DNA of 64,000 nt from Candidatus Eiseniibacteriota bacterium (GTDB lineage: Bacteria > Eisenbacteria > RBG-16-71-46 > CAVPCR01). The notes under the pieces are model-generated. The model did not search any database, was not told where the DNA came from, and saw only the letters and a list, made by a program, of their open reading frames with translations. Below are positions 46,875-56,490 of this stretch, one piece after another. The first letter of the stretch is position 1; each line of letters opens with the position of its first letter. The translations under genes and the position numbers were made by a program. Where the stretch lies: assembly GCA_963702435.1 (NCBI GenBank), contig CAVPCR010000004.1, positions 128,001 to 192,000 of the forward strand, in the 5' to 3' direction.

Positions 46875-47441
46875 CTAGCTCGGGTCGGGCCCAGCCGGCG
46901 CGAGGCGCGCCGGCCACATGAGATCCCGGAAGAACGGGTTCGCCTGCGGCAGCGCGCCGCTCAGGTGCACGGCGTGCTCGGCGATCCAGCGCAGATCGGG
47001 CAGCACCTCGGCCGCGCTCGCCGGCGGGAAGGCGACCAGATAGGAGTCGCCGAACGCGAGCGCGCCGCCAGCACGGAGAAGGTGCGCGATCTGCGCCATG
47101 CGCACCTCGGGACTCGTCGCCTTCTCGCGCGCAGGGGCGGTGGCGAGGAGACGGGGCACCGGCAGACCGGGCGCGGGCGCTGCGTTCTCGAGCGCCGCAT
47201 TGCTCGCGAAGCGCCGCCCCGTGCCGTCGTAGATGCAGAGCGAGTCCGCCTCGATGGCGAGCGTGAAGGGCGGCCGGAGCTCGTTCCCGCGGGCGATCAC
47301 GACGCCCTCGGCGATGACCGTTCTCTGCGGCAGGAGCGCGCGTAACTCATCGCCGCGGGCGGTGGGAGCGGGCAGCAGAGGCGCGTTCAGGAACGCGACG
47401 AGGCAGAGGAACATGATGCGGGGGGAGATCGGGTTCAGCAT
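46875..47441 (-). CDS. Hypothetical secreted protein
   Basis: Hydrophobic N-terminus, host-like codon usage, AGGAG upstream of the ATG. Confidence 0.6.
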   Translation of the reverse strand: MLNPISPRIMFLCLVAFLNAPLLPAPTARGDELRALLPQRTVIAEGVVIARGNELRPPFTLAIEADSLCIYDGTGRRFASNAALENAAPAPGLPVPRLLATAPAREKATSPEVRMAQIAHLLRAGGALAFGDSYLVAFPPASAAEVLPDLRWIAEHAVHLSGALPQANPFFRDLMWPARLAPAGPDPS

Positions 47442-47851
47442 GGCTCTTGCGCTCCTGGGTCGGGGGGGATGCATGGTCGCGGTGCGAGGGAGCCCGCCCC
47501 GGAGCGGCGTAGCTGCAAGGACCGCGCCGGGCGGTGGGGAGTCCACGTCACGCGCAATCTGCACCGGGAGCGGGTCGAGTCGCCCGGGAAGTGACCGCGC
47601 CGGAGCGGGTCGTCGCCGTTCGGACGGGCGCCCGGTCCCGCCGCCGGCGGAGTCCCGGCCTCGCCCTGCGCCGTCCGGCGCAGCCGCTCGGGGCGGATGC
47701 CGCAGGAAATGGCGGCCCGGGTCGGACCTTGTGTTAAGATGCGGGCCGGCAAGCGTCGTCCGCTCTAATGTGCTAGGCGCCGCGGCGCCCGCCTCTTGAT
47801 TAGCCATGCCGTGATTGTCCACGGTCGGACGGTCCGGGAGGTAAAGGGGTC

Positions 47852-48475
47852 ATGCGGATCACACGAATCTTCATTGCGGTTCTCGCGGTCAGCGTTTCGT
47901 TTGGACTTGTCGGTTGCGCCAAGGCTCCGGCGGAGCAAGCGCTCAAGGCAGCGGAGGAGGCGATGGCGGCCGCTCAGGCCGATGTGCAACCGTACGTGCC
48001 CGATCGGTGGAACATGCTCACCGACGCGATGGAATCGGCGCGCAACGACTTCGAGAAGGGGAGCTACAAGCCAGCGCTTGATGCGGCCAAGGCGATTCCT
48101 GCGCAGGTCGACGAGGCGAAGACCATGGCCCAGGCGCGGAAGGATGAGCTGGGCATGTTCTGGCAGCAGATGGGAGCGAACATGCCGGCGATGCTCTCGA
48201 CGATGAGCGCCAAGATCGGTGAGGGCAAGGTGCCGGCCGGCATGACCAAGGACGAGGCCAAGGCCGAGGCGGCTGCTCTCACCGGCATGTGGGCGCAGGC
48301 CGACGCCGCGTTCCAGGCGGGTCAGGTGCTCGAGGCGACCAAGATGGGCGCCGAGGTCCAGGGGCGCACCGAGAAGATGCTCACCGGGATGGGCATCAAG
48401 GCGGGCGTGCTCCCGGCGCCCGGGCAGCCCGCTGCGAGCGGAGCGCCGGCCGGCGGCACGCCGCCCACTCCTTAG
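47852..48475 (+). CDS. Helical lipoprotein
   Basis: LVGC lipobox; Ala/Lys/Glu-rich helices. Confidence 0.85.
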   Translation: MRITRIFIAVLAVSVSFGLVGCAKAPAEQALKAAEEAMAAAQADVQPYVPDRWNMLTDAMESARNDFEKGSYKPALDAAKAIPAQVDEAKTMAQARKDELGMFWQQMGANMPAMLSTMSAKIGEGKVPAGMTKDEAKAEAAALTGMWAQADAAFQAGQVLEATKMGAEVQGRTEKMLTGMGIKAGVLPAPGQPAASGAPAGGTPPTP

Positions 48476-48514
48476 CGAACGCCGGCCCTTCGCATCGCGC
48501 CGCGCCGATTACAG

Positions 48515-48548
48515 ACGGCCCGCGGCCTCGCCCGAGGTCGCGGGCCGT
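48515..48548 (+). terminator. GC-rich stem-loop after the lipoprotein gene
   Basis: ACGGCCCGCGGCCTCG-CC-CGAGGTCGCGGGCCGT; no U-tract. Confidence 0.45.
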
Positions 48549-48727
48549 GGCATGACCGGCGCACATGCGTCCGCGCCGGGCTCGTCCGGCGGTCATCTTG
48601 ACAGCCCGTGCGATCGGCGCGACGATCGTACTACCCATCCCAGGGTTCGCTGGGCGCACGGTCGCCTGGTCGTCAGAGCCGGTGAAGCAACACAACGCAG
48701 GCGCGGGCGCCCCGGAGGTGTGCGGCC

Positions 48728-49309
48728 ATGCGTTGGCTGATCACGGTGCTCGCCGTGTTGTTGAGCCTCGTCCTTTCCCTCCTTCTCGGCGAACGGTTCC
48801 CGGCCGGCTCGCAGACCGCGGAGCCGGACCCCAATCTGAGCTTCGAGATCGACGTCACGCCCCAGGACGAGAAGCCGGATGGCTGGGTCCTGCGCGCGGA
48901 GGGAGCGGAGATCGAGTACAAGCGGGGGAGCGCGGCCGCGGGACGCTGGTGCGTCGTGCTCGAGAACTCGGATGCGGAAGGATGGGCCCGGATCGGGATC
49001 CCGGCGGCTCTCATCGCGAAGCCGGAGACCTGGTACAAGCTCCGCTACTGGGCGCTCTCGCGCGGCGATTCGGTCCGCTTCGGGTGGCGGCTCGCGAGCG
49101 CCGACCTGACCGCGGTGTCCGATGAGCTTGGCGCGATGGAAGGAGTCCAGGCCGGGGCGCCGAAGTGGCGCCTGACCCAGACCCGGGCGTTCAAGCTGAC
49201 CGCGGCCCAGCTCGAGCGCTACCCGCTCCTCGCGTTCTGCCTCGACGCCGGCCCCGCCGGCAGCGTCGACCTCGACGACATCGCGATCTCGCGCAGCTCT
49301 CCCGACTAG
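48728..49309 (+). CDS. Hypothetical secreted protein (carbohydrate-binding-like beta-sandwich)
   Basis: Signal peptide; PNLSFE..PDGW and the terminal VDLDDIAI pattern; GGAGG RBS. Confidence 0.7.
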   Translation: MRWLITVLAVLLSLVLSLLLGERFPAGSQTAEPDPNLSFEIDVTPQDEKPDGWVLRAEGAEIEYKRGSAAAGRWCVVLENSDAEGWARIGIPAALIAKPETWYKLRYWALSRGDSVRFGWRLASADLTAVSDELGAMEGVQAGAPKWRLTQTRAFKLTAAQLERYPLLAFCLDAGPAGSVDLDDIAISRSSPD

Positions 49310-49327
49310 TCGGCGCCCGCTCTGATC

Positions 49328-51685
49328 CTAGCTCGCCGCGTCGAGCCCGGCCCGGATCCGCCCGAGCCGTGCCGCGCGGTCGGCGACGAAGCGCTCTATG
49401 CCGCGGAAGATCCAGAGCGGCGAGAGCCGCGCCTCCTCGTAGATCTCCTCGACGGCGCCGCCCGTGCGCCAGCGGTTGTCGAAGTCGGGCGACAACGTGT
49501 ACTCGGCGGCGAGCGGGTTGAAGAACCAGTCGTACATGGTCCGCCGCCCGCGGTTCGAGATCACCATCGAGTCCATGCGATCGGCCGGCGTGAGCACGTG
49601 CTCCCGGTACTCAGTGGGCTGCACCGCGAAGAGCTGCGGGCTGATCGCGGCGACGATCTTCACGTTGAGCCCCGCCTTGTCGAGCTCGGGGAGCGCCTGG
49701 ACGAGGTTCGCCGTGGGCATCGTGCCCTGGACGATGACGGTGCCGCCACGCGGCTTCCCGGGATGATAGTCGCGGAGGATGTAGGCGCCCTTCGCCGCAG
49801 CGAAGTGCGAGGGGCACCGGAGTGCCGCGCGATCGGGGACGGTGATCGCCGGCCGCGTGAGATGGAGCGCGATGATCGGCGGCCCGAGCTTGAACGCGGC
49901 GCCGAGGACGACCGGCACCTCGTTCGGCTCCCACGGATGGACGTCCACGACGTGGCCGTCCGGGAAGAGCTGGGTCACGCCGGGCGCGAAGATCCCGAAG
50001 TGGGTGCGCGAGTCCTCGGCGGTCTCGGGCCCCGAGTGTCCGACCACCCACAGGGCCTTCCCGAGCTTGAGCGGACAGTCCTGCGCGAGCTGCGAGAAGA
50101 GGCGCATGAGCCCGTACTTGAGATAGGAGAACGAGCCGTAGGTCGAGCAGCCGGCGTAGAAGCCGAGGAAGTCCTGCTCCGGGTCCGGATGCATGTTGAC
50201 GGTGGCCATGCCGACCGTGATCCCCGCGTTCGTGAACTCGGTGATCTGCTGCGGGAGGAGGACGCCGTCGGGGTTCTTGTCCCACAGGTACCAGCCATGC
50301 CCGGGGAAGTCGCCGTGCTTCTTGGCGAAGCCCGAGATGTTGGTCGAGTCGGCGAGATCGGCCGCCATCGCCATGAACAGCGGCCGGCCGTACTTCTGGG
50401 CCGAGAAGGCGTTCACCCAGGCGCCCCAGCTCGCGAGCGCGGCGCGGTTCGGCTTCTTCTCGCCGGGCTTCGCGTAGAGCTCGGCCGGGTACTTCTCGTA
50501 GTCGTAGAGCGCGGGATCGTGGATCGGGTTGCGCTCGGGATCGAGCTTGAAGCTCTTGATATCGGCCGGCACCGAGTCGCCGATCTCGACCAGGCGGTCG
50601 GCCAGGTACTCGAGCACCTTCTTGTTCTCGCGGAGCACGCTCAGGGCCACCTGGTAGTTGGCGGTCGCCTGCGCGAGGAGCGCGCCCTTGTCGGCGGGGG
50701 CGGGCTGGCCGAAGCCGTCCCACTTCACCCCGTACTTCTCGGCGAAGACGCGCTTGGTCTCCCAGAAGAGCTCCGAGTTCATGGGGTGCGGCGTGCCGTG
50801 GCTCTTGTTGTCGTAGACCCCGTACTCGCGCCCCTTCCGCGTCTTCATGTAGGTGACGCCGGGCCGGCCGGCCAGGTGGTCGCCGTGCACCATGTCGAGG
50901 AGCGCGCGCGTGATGTCCGGCCAGTGGCTCCCGTTCTTCGCCTCGTGCACGTGCCAGCCGTAGGGCGCGAACCAGTCGTGCGGCGTGCCGTGGACGACGC
51001 TCGAGACCGCGTTGTCGTCGATGCCGAAGTCGTTCCAGTCGAGGACGTAGAAGAGGTTGTCGAGACCGAGCCCGTAGGCCGAGTTCTTGGTCTCGTGCGC
51101 GGCGCCGGCGGTGTGCCCGCCCTCGCCCTCGAAGGCGAAGACGCGGACGCCGTCCGCCCCGGCGCGCTTGAGCGCGAACGCCTCGCCGGCCGCGGCCGGC
51201 GAACCGTGGCCCGAGGGACCCGTGTTGAACTTGATGAAGAGGGTCTTCCCTTCCATCTCCACGTGTCCGGGGAGACCCTTGTTGCGGCGGAACTTGAGGA
51301 GGTCCTCCCAGGTCAGCTGGCGCTCGGCGGCGTTCGGAACTTCATAGCGCCGGTCGCGCGTCGCGGCCAGCCGCAGGCGAAGCGCCTCGTTGAAGGTGGC
51401 GAGCGTCGCGTAGATGAGAGGCGCCGTGTGCCCGGCAACGAGGATGAAGCGGTCGCCGAAGCGCTTCTCGGGATGGCGGAGGTCCCAGCGCATGACGCCG
51501 CCGAGAAGCGTCGCGACCAGCGCGTGCACCTTCGAGCGGCTCCCGCCCGGATGCCCGGACTGGCGGTAGTTGAGCATCAGGTCGATCAGCTGATCGATGA
51601 CGTCCTTCACCACCTCCCACTCGGCGAAGTGGGCGGCCTGTGCCTCGTAGCGGGCGGCGACTGGGCTCTCGGCGCGTACTGACAA
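49328..51685 (-). CDS. Transketolase-like ThDP enzyme (single chain, divergent)
   Basis: SGHPGGS, DRFILVAGH, LPGH, TGPSGHG, GEGG..(X)..N ThDP motif, ADLADST, TYGSF, EDSRTH; AAGGAG RBS before TTG 51685. Confidence 0.88.
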   Translation of the reverse strand: MSVRAESPVAARYEAQAAHFAEWEVVKDVIDQLIDLMLNYRQSGHPGGSRSKVHALVATLLGGVMRWDLRHPEKRFGDRFILVAGHTAPLIYATLATFNEALRLRLAATRDRRYEVPNAAERQLTWEDLLKFRRNKGLPGHVEMEGKTLFIKFNTGPSGHGSPAAAGEAFALKRAGADGVRVFAFEGEGGHTAGAAHETKNSAYGLGLDNLFYVLDWNDFGIDDNAVSSVVHGTPHDWFAPYGWHVHEAKNGSHWPDITRALLDMVHGDHLAGRPGVTYMKTRKGREYGVYDNKSHGTPHPMNSELFWETKRVFAEKYGVKWDGFGQPAPADKGALLAQATANYQVALSVLRENKKVLEYLADRLVEIGDSVPADIKSFKLDPERNPIHDPALYDYEKYPAELYAKPGEKKPNRAALASWGAWVNAFSAQKYGRPLFMAMAADLADSTNISGFAKKHGDFPGHGWYLWDKNPDGVLLPQQITEFTNAGITVGMATVNMHPDPEQDFLGFYAGCSTYGSFSYLKYGLMRLFSQLAQDCPLKLGKALWVVGHSGPETAEDSRTHFGIFAPGVTQLFPDGHVVDVHPWEPNEVPVVLGAAFKLGPPIIALHLTRPAITVPDRAALRCPSHFAAAKGAYILRDYHPGKPRGGTVIVQGTMPTANLVQALPELDKAGLNVKIVAAISPQLFAVQPTEYREHVLTPADRMDSMVISNRGRRTMYDWFFNPLAAEYTLSPDFDNRWRTGGAVEEIYEEARLSPLWIFRGIERFVADRAARLGRIRAGLDAAS

Positions 51686-51795
51686 CGCTCTCTCCTTGGG
51701 CTGAGTGGAAGTGGAACGGAGTAGCGGCCGGCGCTGAACCGGGACCCGGGGCGGCTCACACGGCCGCTGATTGTAGACGAAAGCCGGCGGCCGGG

Positions 51796-52254
51796 CTAGC
51801 TCTCGGGGCCCGTGAAGAGCGCCGTCAGGTCGAGCGACGGGACCTTGGTCTGCGCGGCGAGCGAGACGTAGGTGCGGGCGAGCGCGTCCTTGCCCGCGCC
51901 GAGCACGGTCGAGATCGCACCGAGCGCCTCGGCATAGGCTCGCGGCTCGAGGTCGGTCAGGATGTGCTTCCAGATCGCTTCCTCGAGCACGTTGAAGGCG
52001 AGCTGCACCTCGGTCAGGTCGTAGCCGGCCGTGAAGCGCTCGTGCGCCACCGCCTCCGCGTGCCGGATGATCGGCGTCAAGTTGCGCTTCGTCACGCACT
52101 GGCGAGCCGTGTCGAAGAGGGAGAGGAGGCGTTGCTCCACCACATCGCGGCCGGCGCTCCCGTAGTGCTTGAGGCCGGCCCGCTTGATCGCATCGCTGGC
52201 CTCGAGGATGATGTCCTGAGCCTGTGCATCGAGCAACGCTTGCAGATTGTCCAT
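51796..52254 (-). CDS. Small all-helical protein, RsbRD-N/non-heme globin-like
   Basis: VAHERFTAGYDLTEVQLAFNVLEEAIW pattern; immediately upstream of the transketolase-like gene. Confidence 0.65.
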   Translation of the reverse strand: MDNLQALLDAQAQDIILEASDAIKRAGLKHYGSAGRDVVEQRLLSLFDTARQCVTKRNLTPIIRHAEAVAHERFTAGYDLTEVQLAFNVLEEAIWKHILTDLEPRAYAEALGAISTVLGAGKDALARTYVSLAAQTKVPSLDLTALFTGPES

Positions 52255-52386
52255 GTCGATCCCCCGGCGGCCGGCACGACCCTTCCCTGAGCATCCGTGC
52301 ATTACATGATACATGATGCTCCTGCCGGCGACGGATGAAGTTTCGCCCGCTGCTGCGGGCGCGCGTCGCGGCTCAGGAGTCGCGGT

Positions 52387-52702
52387 TCAGGCGGCGCGGA
52401 GGGACCAGCCGAGGAGGAGGAGCCCGGTGGCGGCGATCCAGCTTCCGGCCACGCGCACGGCGATGCGCGATGCGCGCCCACGGCGCGCGGAGCGTGACCA
52501 CGAGGGCCGCGGCCAGGGCGACCATCGCGAAGAGCGTCGTCACGATGCCGAGGAGGCCGACCGTGCCGAGCTTCGCCTGGGCCATGGACCCGGGAAGCGT
52601 GAAGAGGGCGAGTCGACCGGTGCGCGAGCCACGCAGGCCGGCGAGGAGCGCGAGCGCGAGCGCCGGCAGCGCGTCCTCCACGGTAAGGGCGAAGTGCGAA
52701 AC
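52387..52702 (-). pseudogene. HupE/UreJ-family remnant (copy 2) with an internal deletion and a 7-bp duplication
   Basis: HFALTVEDALPALALALLAGLRG..LRAPWARI. After the CGCATCG duplication the frame AVRVAGSWIAATGLLLLGWSLRAA* resumes. Confidence 0.65.
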
Positions 52703-53055
52703 GCTCCCGCCATGGCGACGAGAGCTCCGGCCGCACGCAGCGTCACCCGTCCCCAGCCCCAGCGGTGGATGACGCCGATCCCGATGCCGGTGGCGTGAAG
52801 CGTACCTGTCGCCATCACCAAGCCGATGCTGTAGGTCAGTCCGCTCGCCGCCGCGGGGAGCTCCGTGCCGTGCGCGTGTCCATGGAAGATGGCGAAGAAG
52901 CCGACGACCACTGCCGCCGCCCACAGCGGCGGCCGCCACTCCCTGAGGACCGCGAAGCCGAGCAGGATCGCTGAGCACGCGATCCCGACCTTGACCCCGG
53001 GCAGCGGCGCGCCGATGAGACCCAGCATTCCGCCGAGAGCCATCACGAGCGCGTG
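52703..53055 (-). pseudogene. HupE/UreJ-family Ni transporter remnant (copy 1), 5'-truncated
   Basis: MALGGMLG..GIACSAILLG..FFAIFHGHAHGTELP..ATGTLHATG. The N-terminal signal and HPxxGxDH region are absent. Confidence 0.75.
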
Positions 53056-53196
53056 ATCTCCTGGAGCGCGGCGGATGTCACGTCGGGTCTCCACTCGCCC
53101 GCGCCGGTGACGGACTACGAGCCGGGGCCGAACGTGCCGAACCCGTTCACTCCGTCGACGCTGATCCACTTCGCGATACCGCGGGAGACGGAGGTG
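53053..53196 (+). pseudogene. Orphan fragment of an FlgD-Ig-like C-terminal domain
   Basis: VTSGLHSPAPVTDYEPGPNVPNPFTPSTLIHFAIPRETEV, after which the similarity stops. Confidence 0.55.
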
Positions 53197-53268
53197 AATC
53201 CGGGGCAAGACGAGCAGTTTCTTCCGTCATCCCCACACAGGAGAGGAACTCCCCCATGCGTGTGCGTG

Positions 53269-53796
53269 ATGAGACTGTGGACCGCGACCTTCACTGCCGG
53301 CGCTGTCGCCGCCGCCGCTTTCGCCGCCGGGGCCGCTTGCGCCCAGGACGGCTCCTGCACCTGCCCGCAGACCAGCCGCGGCTGGCTCCTGTTCGTCGAT
53401 TCGAACACGAGGACTCCCGACTTCTGGCGGGAAGACGAGGTCGTCGTCGAGGAGATCGCGATCTGCCCGCACGGAGTGCGCTTCGTGTTCGTGGCCGAGG
53501 AGGACGGGAACCCGTATCTCATGGCCCTCGTCTTCACCAATCCGGTGGCCGACACGCGGCTCTACCGGAGACGCGACTGGACGGAGCTGTGCGGCGCCTA
53601 CTCCGCGCTCCGGACGGCGGTCGTCCAGCTCGCGGGCGGCGGTCTCCCGCAAGCAGGACGGCTGGATTTCCGGGATAGCCCCTTCGGCGATCGACCACGC
53701 ATCGTCCAGCCGTGGTGCCGCCTCGCCTTGATCTGGCGCGGCCGGGAGATCAAGCTCCGCGCGTATCTCGATGTCTACATGACCATGCTGCCGTAG
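53269..53796 (+). CDS. Hypothetical secreted Cys-containing protein
   Basis: MRLWTATFTAGAVAAAAFAAGAACAQ signal peptide; host-like codons. Confidence 0.65.
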   Translation: MRLWTATFTAGAVAAAAFAAGAACAQDGSCTCPQTSRGWLLFVDSNTRTPDFWREDEVVVEEIAICPHGVRFVFVAEEDGNPYLMALVFTNPVADTRLYRRRDWTELCGAYSALRTAVVQLAGGGLPQAGRLDFRDSPFGDRPRIVQPWCRLALIWRGREIKLRAYLDVYMTMLP

Positions 53797-53820
53797 TAGT
53801 GTTCCGCCTGGGAGGCATGC

Positions 53821-55716
53821 ATGAAGAAAAGCCTGCTGCTCGTGATCGGGATCTCGTTCGCCTCTGGTTCCGCTCTCGCCCAGGAAGCCTTCATTCCCTT
53901 CGATGCCGAGCACTGGATCCTGGATGACGCCCGTGTCGTCGAGCAGGCGGGCCGCCAGGCGGTGACCGGCCTCGCCGTGCTCAAGGATGTCGAGTTCGCG
54001 GACGGGGTCATCGAGTTCGACGTCTGGGCGCCCGATGTCCGGCAAACGGGGGGCCGCGCCTATCCGGGCGTGATCTTCCGGATGCAGTCGCCGCTCGCGG
54101 CCGAGCGGCTCTACATCCGCCCGCACCGCGCCGGTCTCTATGCGGATGCGATCCAGTACACGCCCCTGTTCAACGGGGTGGCCGGGTGGCAGCTCTACAG
54201 CGGCGATGGTTTCACCGGCACGCTCGCCTTTCCCCTCGACGAATGGGTTCCCGTGCGTCTCGAGGTGGCCGGCCGCCAGGCCCGGGTCCTCGTCGGCGGG
54301 TCTGGCGGGGTCGCCGCCGCCCCGGCCCTCGAGATCCACGACCTCATGCACGGCGCGAGCAAGGGGGCCGTCGCTCTCTACGGCGAGGGCCCCGCGTACT
54401 TCTCGAATGTCCGGTGCGACCCGGCGACGGTTCCCGCGCTCGCGCCGCCGCCGCCGGCCGATGCGGTGCCCGGCGTCATCGGCGACTGGGAGCTGAGCCG
54501 CGGTCTCCGCGCCCTGCTCCTCGACACGGAGAGCTATCCCGATCTCCTGGCGCGCGCCGGCGCGGAGTGGCGCGAGGTGACCGCCGACCCCTCGGGTCTC
54601 GTCGACGTGTCCCGCTTCCTCGCCTTCAACGGACTCGAGCCGGAGTGCGTGCTGGCCCGGACGCGCCTCCGTGCGGAGGGGCGCGCGGACACGATGAAGA
54701 TCGATTTCGGTTACAGCGACGCCGTGAGCATCTTCCTGAACGGCGTTCTCGTCTACTCCGGCGACAGCTCGTACCGGCTCCGCGACTCTTCCTTCCTCGG
54801 CATCGTCGGCTACTTCGACGCGGTGAATCTGCCGCTCCGCCAAGGCGACAACGAGCTCCTGCTCGCCGTCTCCGAGAGCTTCGGCGGCTGGGGCTTCATG
54901 GTCCGGGATGCCGGGGCTGTCTTCACCGCGGCCGGCGTTGTCGCCGCATGGAAGACGGATGCGACCTTCCGCATGCCCGAGTCGGCAGCCTACGACCCCG
55001 AGCGCAATGCGTTCTACGTGTCGATCTACGACGCGACGACGCCGAGCCGCGGGCAGGGGCTCCAGGCCATCGCCCGGCTCTCGGCCGACGGGAAGACGAT
55101 GGATCCCGCGTGGGCAGCGGGTCTCAACAATCCGACCGGGCTCGCCGTGTTCGAGGACAAGCTCTACGTTGCGGAGCGGTCGCAGCTCGCCGAGATCGAC
55201 ATTCGTTCGGGACAGGTGACGAGACGCCACGCGGTGCCGGCGCCCGGCTTCCTGAACGACGTGGCTGTGGACCCGTCGTCAGGCCATGTGTTCGTCTCGG
55301 ACTCGGGCAAGAACACGATCTACCTGTTCGACGGGGTGAAGGTCGAGGCATGGCTGGCCGGAAGCGAGATCCCGCAGCCGAACGGGCTTCTCGTCCTCGA
55401 CGGGGCGCTCCTCGTCGGGACGACGGGCGACGGATCGCTCAAGTCGGTTTCTTTGGCGACCAAATCCGTGCGCACGGTGGCGCATCTCGGCGCGGGCATC
55501 GTCGACGGCATCGCCGTCGACGCGGACGGCGACATCCTCGTCTCCCACAACCAGGGCCGGCTCTTCCGGGTGACGCGGGCGGGCGCTGTCACCAAGATCC
55601 TGGACACGACCGCCATCCAGATGAACCTGGCGGACTTCGCCTACGCCCCGGGATCCCGCCTGCTCGTCGTCCCGACCTATACCGGCGGGCGCGTGGCGGC
55701 GTTCACGATCGACTGA
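53821..55716 (+). CDS. Secreted multidomain protein: ConA-like domain, beta-sandwich and SMP-30/gluconolactonase-like propeller
   Basis: Signal peptide; FADGVIEFDV; YSDAVSIFLNG..LRQGDNELL; MPESA, LNNPTG, FLNDVA, PNGL, DGI; GGAGG RBS. Confidence 0.85.
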   Translation: MKKSLLLVIGISFASGSALAQEAFIPFDAEHWILDDARVVEQAGRQAVTGLAVLKDVEFADGVIEFDVWAPDVRQTGGRAYPGVIFRMQSPLAAERLYIRPHRAGLYADAIQYTPLFNGVAGWQLYSGDGFTGTLAFPLDEWVPVRLEVAGRQARVLVGGSGGVAAAPALEIHDLMHGASKGAVALYGEGPAYFSNVRCDPATVPALAPPPPADAVPGVIGDWELSRGLRALLLDTESYPDLLARAGAEWREVTADPSGLVDVSRFLAFNGLEPECVLARTRLRAEGRADTMKIDFGYSDAVSIFLNGVLVYSGDSSYRLRDSSFLGIVGYFDAVNLPLRQGDNELLLAVSESFGGWGFMVRDAGAVFTAAGVVAAWKTDATFRMPESAAYDPERNAFYVSIYDATTPSRGQGLQAIARLSADGKTMDPAWAAGLNNPTGLAVFEDKLYVAERSQLAEIDIRSGQVTRRHAVPAPGFLNDVAVDPSSGHVFVSDSGKNTIYLFDGVKVEAWLAGSEIPQPNGLLVLDGALLVGTTGDGSLKSVSLATKSVRTVAHLGAGIVDGIAVDADGDILVSHNQGRLFRVTRAGAVTKILDTTAIQMNLADFAYAPGSRLLVVPTYTGGRVAAFTID

Positions 55717-55757
55717 GAAGATCGCTCGCTCGACGCCGGTGCGGAGCGCGGGTTCGC

Positions 55758-56486
55758 CTACCCCCTCCTGGGGAGCCCGCGCGCGTAACGAGGGCCGAGG
55801 TCGCCGTGGCGGGCGGCCGCGTAGGTCAGGATGAGCGAACGGCGGCCGTGCGGGCTCCTGTTGGGCGCGCTCCGGTGCGGGGTGAGGCTGTGCATGAGCG
55901 TTACGTCGCCCGGGGCCAGCTCCATCAGGACCCCGCGACCCGGATCGATGTGCCGCTCATCCGTGTCGAGCGGATCGTCCGGCGGCGGCGGCAGGTGGGC
56001 GCCGTGATACCCCCTGAACATCTCGGTGGCGCCGCTCTCGGCGTCGAAGCGATCGATCGCGACGAAGGCGATCAGGTAGTCGCGCGCCGGAGCGCCGAGG
56101 GACTCCCAGTACGGATAGTCCTGGTGCATCCCGTAGCCCATGGTGCCCGGCCGCTTCATGATCAGCTTGGCCTTGAAGACGGCGGCCGGCTCTCCCAGCA
56201 CGCGCTCGGCGGCGGCGAGGAACCAGGAGTCTCTCGCGATGCGGTCGAAAGGTGGCGAGATGTCGAGCACGGGATCGATGCGATCGGCCACCATCGAGCC
56301 GTCCACATGGCGGCGCCACTGGACGCGGGGATCGCTGCGGTCGGTCGGGACGAGGCTCCACAGGCGGTCGCACTCCGCGGCCATGTTCTCGATCTCAGTC
56401 GCGGAGAGTACGCCGCGTACGGTGACGAAGCCACGCTCGTGGTAGGCGCGGAGATCGGAGTCGGTCAAGGCTGCGTGCCGTGTCAT
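55758..56486 (-). CDS. Fe(II)/2-oxoglutarate dioxygenase, PhyH family
   Basis: YHERGF, MHQDYPYW (HxD), LAPGDV, TPHRSAPN..RR. Confidence 0.9.
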   Translation of the reverse strand: MTRHAALTDSDLRAYHERGFVTVRGVLSATEIENMAAECDRLWSLVPTDRSDPRVQWRRHVDGSMVADRIDPVLDISPPFDRIARDSWFLAAAERVLGEPAAVFKAKLIMKRPGTMGYGMHQDYPYWESLGAPARDYLIAFVAIDRFDAESGATEMFRGYHGAHLPPPPDDPLDTDERHIDPGRGVLMELAPGDVTLMHSLTPHRSAPNRSPHGRRSLILTYAAARHGDLGPRYARGLPRRG

Positions 56487-56490
56487 TGGA

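Noticed and set aside
47442..47851. Long intergenic regions (also 14448-14743 and 35464-35780) examined for riboswitches, ncRNAs or an ops element
   Set aside because: I recognised no consensus motif. An Rfam/Infernal scan would be needed to exclude one.
53256..53678. ORF starting at the ATG with the best RBS (AGGAGAGG)
   Set aside because: The translation is Arg-rich noise. The signal-peptide frame starting at 53269 is more credible; a small indel between the two ATGs is possible but unsupported.
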